From a virus (taxonomy: Duplodnaviria; Caudoviricetes), in the IMG/VR virus record IMGVR_UViG_2802429318_000001, positions 12,530-76,529 of that record: a DNA stretch of 64,000 bases; one strand, given 5' to 3'. The notes under the pieces are model-generated. The model was not told where the DNA came from and did no database searches. It saw nothing but the letters and a program-made list of their open reading frames with translations. Shown piece after piece: positions 1 through 9,874 of this stretch. Position numbers and translations under genes: made by a program. Position 1 is the stretch's first letter, and each line of letters begins with the position of its first letter.

Positions 1-677
1 AGACCAGCCAGCAGGAGACCGCCCTCCTCTCGACCGGCACCGTCCTCGCCGCCCACCGGCACAACGGCGACGGGCAGCACATCACCCGCCCCATGGACAC
101 CGTCACCTCGACCCACGAGAAGGCCGTCCTCCTCGCCGTCGCCAACTACCAGGGCGCCCCGCGCGGCACCGACCACCCGCTGCCGACCCAGGTCGGCTCG
201 GAGACCCTCGCCCTGGTGTCCTCCGGAGTAGTCCCGTTCCGAAAGAACACCCTGCCCGTCGCGCACAGCGAGGCGATGCCGACCGTCACCTCGGACCAGA
301 TCCCCGGACTGCTCACCGCCGCCGGCTGGTTCAAGCAGAACGGCAGCACCGGCAACGAGACCGCCCCGCACCCGCTCACCGACCCCCTCGGCACCCTCAC
401 CGTCCGCGACACCACCGCCCTCCTCATGGCCGACTGGCGGGCCGCGCTCGCCGAGATGCCCCTGGAGGACTGCCACTTCCGGATGATGGCCGCGCACGAG
501 GTCGGCCGCGGCTGCGGCTTCGACGTCACCTTCCCCGACCGCGCGGGCACGTTCATCGTCTGGGGCAGTAACCGCGACCAGGTCGACGGCTACGGCAACG
601 CCGTCTCCCCGGCGGTCGGAGCATGGATCGGGGCCCGCCTCCGCGCCGTACTCCACCAGGCGGAGGTGGCAGCCTGA
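1..677 (+). CDS. C5 DNA cytosine methyltransferase, C-terminal part (5' truncated)
   Basis: Ends in motif IX/X-like FRMMAAHEVGRGCGF...GSNRDQVDGYGNAVSP. Confidence 0.8.
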   Translation, partial: TSQQETALLSTGTVLAAHRHNGDGQHITRPMDTVTSTHEKAVLLAVANYQGAPRGTDHPLPTQVGSETLALVSSGVVPFRKNTLPVAHSEAMPTVTSDQIPGLLTAAGWFKQNGSTGNETAPHPLTDPLGTLTVRDTTALLMADWRAALAEMPLEDCHFRMMAAHEVGRGCGFDVTFPDRAGTFIVWGSNRDQVDGYGNAVSPAVGAWIGARLRAVLHQAEVAA

Positions 678-1252
678 TGCCCGCCAACGCCACCCGCGAG
701 CAGATCCTCGCCGCACTCCAGTTGGGCCACAGCGCCGCCCGCATCGCCCGCGACCTGGCCTGCGACAGGGGCCGCGTCCGCCGCATCCGCGACGAGGCCG
801 GCCTGCCCGTGTACGTCCGAGGATCCGAACAGCCCAGCCTCACCGACCGCTGGCGCCAGCACGCCGTCTCCACCACCAACGGCCACATGGAATGGACCGG
901 CGAACGCAGCACCAACAGCAACCGGCCCCTCATCTCCTTCCAGTACAGCCACCGCAGCGCCGCCGCCGTGGCCTTCTTCCTCCGCACCGGCCGGGACCCG
1001 ATCGGTAACGCCGTCGCCGACTGCGGCATGCGGCACTGCGTCGCCCCCGAGCACGTCCTCGACGCCGACGAACGGCGCCGCACGCGCGAGCAACTCCGCT
1101 ACCTGCAAGGGCGGCAACCGCTCCGGGAAACGTGCCAGGCCGGGCACCGTCAGGCCGAGCACGCCCGGATCGACGCCGCCGGGACCGCGTACTGCCACAC
1201 CTGCAAGTCGACGCGCCAGTCGCAGGCCCGGGCAGACAGGGGCGCGGCATGA
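677..1252 (+). CDS. HTH plus degenerate HNH/Zn-finger protein
   Basis: N-terminal HTH (SAARIARDLACDRGRVRRIR); GHMEWTG...HR...CGMRHCVAPEHV; C-terminal CQAGH/CHTC. Confidence 0.6.
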   Translation: MPANATREQILAALQLGHSAARIARDLACDRGRVRRIRDEAGLPVYVRGSEQPSLTDRWRQHAVSTTNGHMEWTGERSTNSNRPLISFQYSHRSAAAVAFFLRTGRDPIGNAVADCGMRHCVAPEHVLDADERRRTREQLRYLQGRQPLRETCQAGHRQAEHARIDAAGTAYCHTCKSTRQSQARADRGAA

Positions 1253-1578
1253 GCCACCACACCGGCTCCGTCCCGGGCCCCGGCCGTGACCCCGAGTGGC
1301 AAGACCGTGCCGCCTGCCAGGCACCCGGAATCGACAAGGAGATGTTCTTCCCCGAGCGCTCCCAGCTCACGGCGATCAGGGACTCCAAGACGATCTGCTG
1401 GACCTGCCCCGTGATCCAGAACTGCCTGGAACACGCCTTCCGCAACCACGAAGACCGCGGCACCTGGGGCGGACTCACCGAATGGGAACGCCGCGCCCGG
1501 CACGGCCGCAAGCCCAAGAACGCCGGCCGGAGCGGCGGGGTCAACGCTCCCGGCCGACGCAGCAGGAACGCCGCATGA
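1249..1578 (+). CDS. whiB: WhiB-family Fe-S transcription factor
   Basis: WQDRAAC...FFP...ICWTCPVIQNCLEHA...GTWGGLTE, four Cys. Confidence 0.93.
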   Translation: MSHHTGSVPGPGRDPEWQDRAACQAPGIDKEMFFPERSQLTAIRDSKTICWTCPVIQNCLEHAFRNHEDRGTWGGLTEWERRARHGRKPKNAGRSGGVNAPGRRSRNAA

Positions 1579-1745
1579 CCGCCGCCGAGCCGCAGCCCTG
1601 CGACACCCCCGACGGCGAGCACGACGGCCGCGTCCGCCTCTACCCGTGCGGCTGGCGCTGCTCCACCCACAGCCCGTGGGCCCTGGCCGGCATGCCGGAG
1701 CCGGGCACCGCAGCTGCGAAACCGGCCGACCCGTCGGCCACCTGA
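1575..1745 (+). CDS. small Cys/His phage protein
   Basis: ATGA-coupled to whiB; RLYPCGWRCSTHSPWA. Confidence 0.6.
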   Translation: MTAAEPQPCDTPDGEHDGRVRLYPCGWRCSTHSPWALAGMPEPGTAAAKPADPSAT

Positions 1746-1805
1746 CCGCCCGACAACAGCGCCCCGCCGGGCGGAATCCGGCGGGGCACCCCTAAGGAGA
1801 CCACG

Positions 1806-2219
1806 ATGACCGACAAGGTCACCATCACCGCGATCGACGGCACCGACGCCCTCGCGATGGTCATCATCCGCCCCGGCAAGACCGAAGGCGGCGTCGAGAT
1901 CGAGTCGGCAGCCGCAGGCATGGACAAGCCGGCCGCAGCTCATGTCCTGCGGCACGTCGCCAACCTGTGGGACGGCGGCAAGGCCGATCCGAGCGCCACC
2001 CTCACCGCCGTCAACACGCTCGCCGAACGCTGGGAGCGCATGGGCAAGAGCGCCCCGGAACTCGGTGACGAGCTGCTCATCGACGAGCCCACCGCCGCCG
2101 AACGCCACCAGCACGAGCGGGCCGCGACCTACCGAAGGGCCGCCGCCGATCTCCGCGAAGTCCTCGTCACCGGGCGGATCCCACACGACCTGATGACCGA
2201 CGCCGAGCTCGACGGCTGA
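1806..2219 (+). CDS. hypothetical protein
   Basis: AAGGAG RBS, GC3 bias. Confidence 0.7.
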   Translation: MTDKVTITAIDGTDALAMVIIRPGKTEGGVEIESAAAGMDKPAAAHVLRHVANLWDGGKADPSATLTAVNTLAERWERMGKSAPELGDELLIDEPTAAERHQHERAATYRRAAADLREVLVTGRIPHDLMTDAELDG

Positions 2220-2342
2220 GACCACCCTCCCGGCGGCCGGACCCCCAGCGCACATCCCCCCCAACGCGCCGCGGCCGCCACCCGGGCCCGCCCCCACCCC
2301 CACACGCGGGGCGGGCCCACCCCAAACGACACGGAGCAGCCC

Positions 2343-2516
2343 ATGGACACCAACGCCCGACACCCACCAAACCAGGTCACCGCCACCCCCGACTGGCCAC
2401 CCGTCCGGATCCCCGGGCGCCCCGGCTGGTGGCGGCACTGCATCAACGGCCAGCAAACAGACCTCCCGAGCCGAAACCCGCAGCACAGCAACCCGAAAGG
2501 CACCACCAGCACATGA
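2343..2516 (+). CDS. small hypothetical protein
   Basis: GGAG RBS; ATGA overlap with next gene; absent from ORF track. Confidence 0.5.
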   Translation: MDTNARHPPNQVTATPDWPPVRIPGRPGWWRHCINGQQTDLPSRNPQHSNPKGTTST

Positions 2517-2890
2517 GCGTCGACCACAACACCGGCGAGATCACCGACGAGCAGCCGCAGGCACCCGTCGCCGCATTCCTCGGCAGCCACCTCAACGGCC
2601 GCACCGACGAAGAGCTGAGCCGCGAGTTCCACCAGCTCCTCGACGCCGTCCGCGCCCACGGCAAGAAGGGCCAGATGGTCATCACGATCGTCGTCGACCC
2701 GCCCGCCAACGGGGTGGAAAGCGCACCCATGCCGATCGGCGTCGAGTCCACGGTCAAGGCCCCCAAGCCGACCCCCGTCAAGTCCCTCTACTTCCTGGAC
2801 GACGAGGGCAACCCCGTCCGCGAGGACCCCCGCCAGATGCAGATCGACTTCCGCACCGCCCCGACCACCGACACCTTCAAGGACGCCTGA
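2513..2890 (+). CDS. YfdP-like phage protein (usual partner of DUF2303)
   Basis: V..HGKKGQMVITI...LYFLDDEGNPVREDPRQ; lies upstream of DUF2303. Confidence 0.7.
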   Translation: MSVDHNTGEITDEQPQAPVAAFLGSHLNGRTDEELSREFHQLLDAVRAHGKKGQMVITIVVDPPANGVESAPMPIGVESTVKAPKPTPVKSLYFLDDEGNPVREDPRQMQIDFRTAPTTDTFKDA

Positions 2891-2892
2891 CC

Positions 2893-3696
2893 ATGACCGA
2901 CAACCTCCAGCCCGTCATCGACACCGCCCTCCGCTCCGCCGCACCCCACGACCTGGAGATCGGCAAGTACTACACCTTCGTCACCCCGGCCGGACTCCAG
3001 AAGGTCGACCTCACCGGCCCCGAGCACACCGGCATCCCCCCGCGGAAGGCCGGCACCACCACCGTCCGCGACGCCGCCTCCTGGATCGCCTACTACGACA
3101 AGCACCACGACGACTCATCCGAGGTCTACTCCGACAGCGAGCGCCTCACCGTCACCGCCGTCCTCGACGCCCACTCCGCCGACGAAGCAGCCTGGCAGCA
3201 GCACCGCCTCGTCCTCGCCCTGCGCACCACCGACGCGTGGAAGCAGTGGACCAAGAACGACGGCGAACTCCTCAAGCAGGAAGACTTCGCCGAGTTCATC
3301 GAGGACCACCTGCCCGAGCTCCTGGAGCCGTCCTCCGCCGACATGCTGGAGATCGCCCAGTCCATCCAGGCCGCGACCAAGGTCGACTTCCAGTCCGGCA
3401 TCCGACTCTCCACCGGACAGAGGCAGTTCCAGTACGTCGAGACCCAGTCCACGAAGGCCGGGCAGAAGGGACAGCTCACCGTCCCCGAGGTCTTCACCAT
3501 CGGCCTGGTGCCCTTCGAGGGCAGCGAGGGCTACCGGCTCACCGCCCGCCTCCGCTACCGCATCACCGACCGGGGCCTGCTCATGGGCTACAAGCTCGAG
3601 CGCCCGGCGGACACGCTCCGCACCGCGTTCGGCGACGTCGTCACCGCGGTCGGTGAGCAGATCACCGAGCCGGTCATGAACGGAACCCCGGCCTGA
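2893..3696 (+). CDS. DUF2303 / YfdQ family protein
   Basis: AVLD.H...WQQHR, QEDFAEFIEDH, LVPFEG...ARLRYR. Confidence 0.85.
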   Translation: MTDNLQPVIDTALRSAAPHDLEIGKYYTFVTPAGLQKVDLTGPEHTGIPPRKAGTTTVRDAASWIAYYDKHHDDSSEVYSDSERLTVTAVLDAHSADEAAWQQHRLVLALRTTDAWKQWTKNDGELLKQEDFAEFIEDHLPELLEPSSADMLEIAQSIQAATKVDFQSGIRLSTGQRQFQYVETQSTKAGQKGQLTVPEVFTIGLVPFEGSEGYRLTARLRYRITDRGLLMGYKLERPADTLRTAFGDVVTAVGEQITEPVMNGTPA

Positions 3697-4001
3697 TGAG
3701 CGGGGCCGGCCGCGGGCGGGGCGGCGCCGACTCCCGCTGCTCCGCCTGCGGCCAGCCCCTCCTCGTCCAGTGGGTCGGGGACACCGCGGCCCTCAAGGCC
3801 CGGGTCCCCCTCCCACCGGACACCGCCCGCCTCCCCTACCCGCAGGCCCTCGCCGACAGCACCCCCGACAACTTGGTCTGGTGCCTGCCCCGCCTCCCCC
3901 ACAGAGCACTGTGCCTGCGCTGGACCAGCCCCCGGCACCCGCCGGACTGCCCCCACCAGCACCTCACCAGCCACCAGTGCCCGCCGACCACGCTCTTCTG
4001 A
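3696..4001 (+). CDS. Cys/His hypothetical protein
   Basis: TGATG coupling; CSACG, HQC. Confidence 0.6.
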   Translation: MSGAGRGRGGADSRCSACGQPLLVQWVGDTAALKARVPLPPDTARLPYPQALADSTPDNLVWCLPRLPHRALCLRWTSPRHPPDCPHQHLTSHQCPPTTLF

Positions 4002-4012
4002 GGAGACCGCAC

Positions 4013-5884
4013 GTGACCAACGTCCGCCACATGCAGCGTGACGAACAGGCGGACCCGCACGGCTCCGAGCAGTACGACGCCGAGCGGTACGTCCTCGGCG
4101 GCTGCGTGCACTACCCCAAGCGGATCCCCGACATCCGCACCATCATCCAGCGCGGAGACTTCGCCCTCCCAGCCCACGAACTCATCTGGGACGTCCTCGG
4201 CCACCTCCACGACGAAGGCCAGCCCGTCGAGCCGCTCACCCTGCGCCTCGAACTCGAACGCCGCCAAGAGTTGCGCCGCGCGGGCGGCATCGCCTACGTC
4301 GCCTCCATCTCCGACCACGGCAACGACCCCGAGTACTACGCCCACGAAGTCCGCCGCGCTGCCGACCTCCGCGCCGAAGCCGACCTCGGCCGGCGCATCG
4401 TCCAGCAGGCCACCGCCCCCGACGCCGAACCCGGCACAGCGGTCACCTTCATCGACGAGTACCTGGCCCGGCAGAAGGAACGGGCCCTCGGCCGCTCCGG
4501 CGACCCCGCCGACGCGCTCCTCGCCGAGCTCCTGGACACCAGCGCCCTCGACGACATGCCGACCCTGGACCCACTGGTCGGCGACCTCCTCCATCTCGAC
4601 ACCCTCGCCCGGATCATCGGCCCGTCCGGGCACATGAAGAGCTTCGTCACCATCGACCTCGCCGCCCACGTCGGCACCGGCATGAAATGGCACGGCCAGT
4701 ACGTCCGCCAGGGCACCGTCGTCTACCTCGTCGCCGAGGGCGCCCGCGGCATCCGCCAGCGCGTCCGAGCCTGGGAGAAGCACTACGGGACGCGCATGGA
4801 CAACGTCCTCTTCCTGCCCCGGCCCGTCCAGGCCCGCGGCCCCGAGTGGGACGTCCTCATCGAGGCGATGCGCCGGCTGCGCCCGCAGCTCATCGTCATC
4901 GACACCCAGGCCCGCGTGTCCGTCGGCGTCGAGGAGAACTCCAACACCGAACTCGGCATCGTCATCGAGCGGATGGACGACCTGCGACGCGCGACCGAGG
5001 CGTGCGTGCTGCTGATCCACCACACCGGGCACGTCGGCGAACACGGCCGCGGCGCCTCCGCCGCCAAAGGCGCCCTGCAGTCGGAGATGCACGTCTCCAA
5101 GAAGGGCGACAACGCCTCCAACATCACGATCACGATGAAGGTCGGCAAGCAGAAGGACAACGAAGAGGGCGCCGACATCGAGTTCGGGCTGAAGGTCGTC
5201 ACTCTCGACGGGGAGACGAAGCCCGACGGCCGGCCGGTCACCTCCGTGGTCCTGGAGTCGCTGGACTCCCGGCCGAGGTCGCTGACAGAGGGAACGCCGG
5301 AGTGGCTCGTTGCGGTCCTGGACCGGGCGAAGGTGCCCGTCGGGTGGGGGAGCCCCCGGGTCATCAAGTGGTGCGCCGAATACAAGATCCAGATCCGGAA
5401 GGACCGGATCGAGGAGGCCGTCCGGATCCGCAAGCGCCGCGGCTCCCTGGATGAGGCGCAAAACGGGACGGGGGATGTCATTCCGGGCGCCAATATCGGG
5501 GCAGGGGATGACGAATCGGTCATGGCCTCTGAAGTTGCGTCCGATTCGCCCCGAAATACCTCCCCCCAAACCTCCCCCGCGATCTTGAACGGCCACCTCC
5601 CCCACGATCTTGGGGGGAGGCCGGGGGAGTTCGAGCAAAACCCCAGGTCAAACCTCCCCCCAAACCCCGGGGGAGGTCCGGGGGAGGCCCTTGCAGCACC
5701 TCCCTCCCCCCGCCCTCCCTCTAGGGAGGGGGGAGGTGCGGGGGAGACGAGTGAAAACACCACCCCCACCGGACCCCCATGCCGCATCTGCCACCACCCC
5801 ATGAACCCCGACTGGGCAAGCCGCGGATACGACACCCACCTCGGCTGCGACCCCGACACCGGCAGCCACCCACCCGCCGCCTGA
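4013..5884 (+). CDS. Replication protein: DnaB N-terminal-like domain plus RepA/AAA_25 helicase
   Basis: AERYVLG..DFALPAHELIW; Walker A variant GPSGHMKS; VVYLVAEG; LIVIDTQAR; LLIHHTG..RGASA. Confidence 0.88.
   Translation: MTNVRHMQRDEQADPHGSEQYDAERYVLGGCVHYPKRIPDIRTIIQRGDFALPAHELIWDVLGHLHDEGQPVEPLTLRLELERRQELRRAGGIAYVASISDHGNDPEYYAHEVRRAADLRAEADLGRRIVQQATAPDAEPGTAVTFIDEYLARQKERALGRSGDPADALLAELLDTSALDDMPTLDPLVGDLLHLDTLARIIGPSGHMKSFVTIDLAAHVGTGMKWHGQYVRQGTVVYLVAEGARGIRQRVRAWEKHYGTRMDNVLFLPRPVQARGPEWDVLIEAMRRLRPQLIVIDTQARVSVGVEENSNTELGIVIERMDDLRRATEACVLLIHHTGHVGEHGRGASAAKGALQSEMHVSKKGDNASNITITMKVGKQKDNEEGADIEFGLKVVTLDGETKPDGRPVTSVVLESLDSRPRSLTEGTPEWLVAVLDRAKVPVGWGSPRVIKWCAEYKIQIRKDRIEEAVRIRKRRGSLDEAQNGTGDVIPGANIGAGDDESVMASEVASDSPRNTSPQTSPAILNGHLPHDLGGRPGEFEQNPRSNLPPNPGGGPGEALAAPPSPRPPSREGGGAGETSENTTPTGPPCRICHHPMNPDWASRGYDTHLGCDPDTGSHPPAA
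5558..5746. repeat. Cluster of CCTCCCCC / GGGGGAG direct and inverted repeats; candidate replication origin
   Basis: About 11 copies in both orientations within the 3' part of the helicase gene. Confidence 0.65.
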
Positions 5885-5960
5885 CAGGCGCCCAGGGCGA
5901 GAACCCCAACGCCCCATACGACCAACCACCAACCCGTCACACACCCAGGAGGACCACCCC

Positions 5961-6308
5961 ATGACCACCCTCATCACCCCCGGCCGCGCCGCCGACATCC
6001 GCCGAGCAGCCCACCACCACGCCGCCGGAATGCTGATGGTCTCCCTCGGCGAGTGGGAGCCCCAGAAGTACAACCCCGAGTCGGCGAGCAACGACGCCGA
6101 AGAGGAGCTGCTCCGCGAAGAGGTCGAGCGGATCGCGGGCGAACTCCGCACGCGCGCCCTCGTCGGCACGCACGCCAACTGCGGCGCCTGCGACCGCCCC
6201 TACACGGTCAAGGGCGACGGCACCATCCGCCGCCACTTCGGACTCACCGCCGCCGGATTCTCCACCGGCAACCCATGCCCCGGCGCCGACAAGCCGGCCG
6301 CCGCCTGA
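5961..6308 (+). CDS. hypothetical protein with Zn-finger-like C-terminus
   Basis: AGGAGG RBS; CGAC...IRRH...CPG. Confidence 0.7.
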   Translation: MTTLITPGRAADIRRAAHHHAAGMLMVSLGEWEPQKYNPESASNDAEEELLREEVERIAGELRTRALVGTHANCGACDRPYTVKGDGTIRRHFGLTAAGFSTGNPCPGADKPAAA

Positions 6309-6352
6309 CCTCAGACCAACGCCCTCACCGCGCCAACAAGGAGCAGCACCCC

Positions 6353-7486
6353 ATGGCCACCACGAGCAAGATCGAATGGACCGACGCGACCTGGAACATC
6401 GTCACCGGCTGCGAGAAAGTCTCGCCCGGCTGCGACAACTGCTACGCCGAGACCTTCACCGAACGCTTCCGCGGCACCGCCGGACACCACTTCGAGACCG
6501 GCTTCGACCTGACGCTGCGGCCCGAGCGCCTGGCGCTGCCGCTGAGGTGGCGCAAGCCGAAGCGCGTGTTCGTCAACTCGATGTCCGACCTGTTCCACAA
6601 GGACATCCCCGACGACTACCTCACCCGAGCGTTCGCCGTCATGTCGCTCACCCCGCAGCACACGTACCAGGTGCTGACCAAGCGCCACGGGCGGATGCGG
6701 TCCCTCCTCAGCAGCCGGGAGTTCGTCGCCCAGGTCGACACCCAGCGAGAGGACATTCAGCCCGGCTGCGGCGACTTCACCTGGCCCCTCCCGAACGTGT
6801 GGCTCGGAGTCAGCGTCGAAGACCAGAAGCGCGCCGACCTCCGCATCCCGGCGCTGCTGGAGACCCCGGCCGCCGTCCGGTTCCTGTCCTGCGAACCGCT
6901 CCTCGGCCCCATCGACCTGTGCGGCCCCATCGTCCCCGGGCGCGGCCGGCCGAAGCTGACGTACTGGCTCGACGGGCGGCCCGGCTGGGGCCCCGACCAG
7001 ACCGACGACCGAGGCCGCGTGTTCCAGGAGATGGCGGTTGGGCCGCGGATCGACTGGGTGATCGTCGGCGGCGAGTCCGGCCCGAAGGCGCGGGCGATGC
7101 ACCCGGGATGGGCGCGCACGATCCGGGACCAGTGTGCGCACTCCGGGGTGCCGTTCTTCTTCAAGCAGTGGGGCGAGTGGGGACCCGCCCCTTTCCAGGT
7201 CCGCGTCTGCGACCCGGAGGTCGGCTGGCTCGGCACCGACGAGGAGCTGGTCGTCGCGAAGGCCGACAGCGAGGCCCGCGGCGCCACCCACGTTCACACC
7301 GGCAGCTGGTCCGACGAGGACGGCGAGCGCCGGTACTGGCTCCACGAGATCGGGCACAAGCCCTGGTCGCTGGAGCGATGCGGCCTCCCGAACGGGATGG
7401 CCGCGATCCGGCGCTGGGGCAAGGGGCGCGCCGGCCGCGAACTCGACGGCCAGGTCCACGACGCCTTCCCCATCCCAGCCGCTTAA
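6353..7486 (+). CDS. DUF5131 / Gp37-Gp68 family protein
   Basis: SKIEWTDATWN..TGCEKVSPGCDNCYA, FVNSMSDLFH, VIVGGESG, PFFFKQWG. Confidence 0.93.
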   Translation: MATTSKIEWTDATWNIVTGCEKVSPGCDNCYAETFTERFRGTAGHHFETGFDLTLRPERLALPLRWRKPKRVFVNSMSDLFHKDIPDDYLTRAFAVMSLTPQHTYQVLTKRHGRMRSLLSSREFVAQVDTQREDIQPGCGDFTWPLPNVWLGVSVEDQKRADLRIPALLETPAAVRFLSCEPLLGPIDLCGPIVPGRGRPKLTYWLDGRPGWGPDQTDDRGRVFQEMAVGPRIDWVIVGGESGPKARAMHPGWARTIRDQCAHSGVPFFFKQWGEWGPAPFQVRVCDPEVGWLGTDEELVVAKADSEARGATHVHTGSWSDEDGERRYWLHEIGHKPWSLERCGLPNGMAAIRRWGKGRAGRELDGQVHDAFPIPAA

Positions 7487-7531
7487 CCAGCCACCCGCCA
7501 TCTAGCCCGCTGATCAGACAAGGACCCACCG

Positions 7532-8500
7532 ATGACCGACCAGCCCCCGTACTACCGCGACCAGCAGGTGACCCTCCTCCTCGGCGACGCCCTCGACACC
7601 CTGCGCACCCTGCCCGATGGCGCGGTCGACTGCATTGTCACCAGCCCGCCCTACTTCGGGCTCCGCGACTACGGCACGCCCGGCCAGTACGGGCTGGAGG
7701 CGACGCCCGCGGCCTACGTCGAGACGATGCGCGTCCTGTTCGCCGAGGCGCGCCGGGTGCTCGCCGACGACGGGACGCTGTGGCTCAACCTCGGCGACAG
7801 CTACGCGTATCCGCCCGGCTCCACCCACAGGCAGGGCCAGACCGGGCAGCGGAAGGACTGCACCTTCACTGCCGAGACGATCCGTGGCACCACGGCGCTG
7901 CCCACCAAGAACCTGATCGGTATCCCGTGGCGCGCCGCGTTCGCCCTCCAGGACGACGGATGGATCCTGCGCAACGAGGTCATCTGGTACAAGCACAACG
8001 CCATGCCGGAGTCCGTCACGGACCGGCTGTCCTCACGGCACGAGCACCTGTTCCTGCTGACGAAGGCCTCGAGGTACAGCTTCGACCTCGACGCCATCCG
8101 CGAGCCCCACAGCATGCGACCGCAGCGCAGGCCTCGAGGTCACAAGGAGCGGCAGCGCCTCGGCGTGTTGCCGGCACAGACGCACTCCACCTCGCAGCGG
8201 GACGAGCCCGGAGTCGACGGGCACCCGCTCGGCCGAAACCCCGGAGACGTCTGGGACATCACCACGAAGCCGTACCCCGCAGCTCACTTCGCCGTGTTCC
8301 CCATCGAGCTTCCGCTCCGCTGCATCAAGGCCGGCTGCCGACCGGGCGGGACCGTCCTCGACCCGTTCTCCGGGTCCGGCACCACAGGCGCAGCAGCCCG
8401 GCAGCTCGGCCGCAAGTACATCGGCATCGACCTGAACCCGGACTACCACGACCTGGCCCGCGAGCGGTTCGCGCAGGGCGTGCTCGACCTGCCCGCATGA
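7532..8500 (+). CDS. N4C/N6A DNA methyltransferase (beta class)
   Basis: VTSPPY catalytic motif precedes [15 protein letters not shown]-binding motif. Confidence 0.95.
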   Translation: MTDQPPYYRDQQVTLLLGDALDTLRTLPDGAVDCIVTSPPYFGLRDYGTPGQYGLEATPAAYVETMRVLFAEARRVLADDGTLWLNLGDSYAYPPGSTHRQGQTGQRKDCTFTAETIRGTTALPTKNLIGIPWRAAFALQDDGWILRNEVIWYKHNAMPESVTDRLSSRHEHLFLLTKASRYSFDLDAIREPHSMRPQRRPRGHKERQRLGVLPAQTHSTSQRDEPGVDGHPLGRNPGDVWDITTKPYPAAHFAVFPIELPLRCIKAGCRPGGTVLDPFSGSGTTGAAARQLGRKYIGIDLNPDYHDLARERFAQGVLDLPA

Positions 8501-8577
8501 CCACCAGCACGGCCGCCCCTGCTCGTAACAGGGGCGGCCGCACCCAGCACGATCCCACACCGATCAAGGAGCAGCAC

Positions 8578-8901
8578 ATGCCCACCGTCGAACTCACCAC
8601 TGCCACCGGCACCCTCACCGTCGAGGCCACCGAGCCCGTACCCGGCTTGCGTGTCTACGAGGTCCCTGCCGCACACGCCCCACTGCCGCAGTACCCGTGG
8701 GTCCTCGCTCACCACGAGGGCCGCACCCTCGGCCTGTTCACCACCGCCTACGACGCGAACGGTGCCGCAGCCGCGGTCGCGTCGATGGCCGACTGGACCC
8801 GCGGCGCGATGACAGCCGCGAACGAGATCTCGTTCGGCGGTCACGCCGAACGGTTCGGCCTGGCCCTCATCGCCCACGGCTGCGCCCCCACCTCCAAGTG
8901 A
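8578..8901 (+). CDS. hypothetical protein
   Basis: AAGGAG RBS, codon bias. Confidence 0.7.
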   Translation: MPTVELTTATGTLTVEATEPVPGLRVYEVPAAHAPLPQYPWVLAHHEGRTLGLFTTAYDANGAAAAVASMADWTRGAMTAANEISFGGHAERFGLALIAHGCAPTSK

Positions 8902-8918
8902 CCTGGAAGGACACGACC

Positions 8919-9545
8919 ATGACCGACCGCCTGTACACCGACGAAGACCTCCGCGACGAAGCCGCCCGCCAGCACGCCATGTCCACAGACGACCCGGACT
9001 TCATGGGCATCGGGGAGCGCATGGACCGCGCGTTCATCGACTCCACCGTCACCGACCGCGAAGTTGTCAACGGCACCACTTGGGGGATGCTCACCCCGCA
9101 CGACTTCAACGCGGCGCAGCGCGGCATCAACCGCCTCCTCACCAGCGCAGCTGACGTGTCCGCCTGGGCCGTCAACCTCGGCGCCGACGGCCTCGAGCCC
9201 AGCACCGAGGACGACATCACCCTCACCGCTGGTGAGAAGCCGATCGCCCGCATCCACTTCGCGTTCGACCCCGAGATGCCCGAGGACGCGCGCGCCCACC
9301 TCGTCGAAGGCGTCGCCGACGCCATCAACGACGCTGGCGTCGAGCGGGAGGACGACGTCGACGAGCACGGCGACTCCGACGCCGACGTCTTCGATCTGAT
9401 CTCCGAGATCGCCTCCAGCCTCCGCGACGCCACTGACAGCGGCGAGTACCACGCCGTCGGCCTGATCTACGACCTCGCCAACGGCCGGACCACGGTCGCC
9501 GAGGCGCGCGCCGAGCTGGCAGACATCGAGTTCGGCCACGTGTGA
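8919..9545 (+). CDS. acidic hypothetical protein
   Basis: AAGGA RBS, codon bias. Confidence 0.7.
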   Translation: MTDRLYTDEDLRDEAARQHAMSTDDPDFMGIGERMDRAFIDSTVTDREVVNGTTWGMLTPHDFNAAQRGINRLLTSAADVSAWAVNLGADGLEPSTEDDITLTAGEKPIARIHFAFDPEMPEDARAHLVEGVADAINDAGVEREDDVDEHGDSDADVFDLISEIASSLRDATDSGEYHAVGLIYDLANGRTTVAEARAELADIEFGHV

Positions 9546-9625
9546 CAGCACCGGCGCCCCGCAGTCGAAGTGCGGGGCGCCGGCCCGCCCATCATCCACC
9601 ACCCCGAGCACGAGGGAGCAGAACC

Positions 9626-9874
9626 GTGACCACCCGCCCGATCCGCACCAACCGAATGCTGTGCGGCCGGCAGCGCCGCTCCAAGAAGCGCACCCTGTAC
9701 GCCGCCCAGGACGGCCGCTGTGCCACCTGCGCCACGGCCCTCGAACCGGCCGCCCTGATCCTCAAGAACAAGATCCACCGCAAGGCCGGGGGCACCAACA
9801 CGCTCGCCAACCTCCACCTCATTTGCCACCACTGCAACACCCACGGCACCCGCAAGTCGGGGAGCGCCTCGTGA
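9626..9874 (+). CDS. HNH-fold protein, catalytic His apparently lost
   Basis: QDGRCATC...ILKNKIHRKAGGTNTLANLHLICHHCN. Confidence 0.65.
   Translation: MTTRPIRTNRMLCGRQRRSKKRTLYAAQDGRCATCATALEPAALILKNKIHRKAGGTNTLANLHLICHHCNTHGTRKSGSAS

Noticed and set aside
6376-8901. 841-aa Arg/Pro-rich plus-strand ORF and similar off-frame ORFs
   Set aside because: Alternative frames of DUF5131 and the methyltransferase; only the last 107 aa is a real gene
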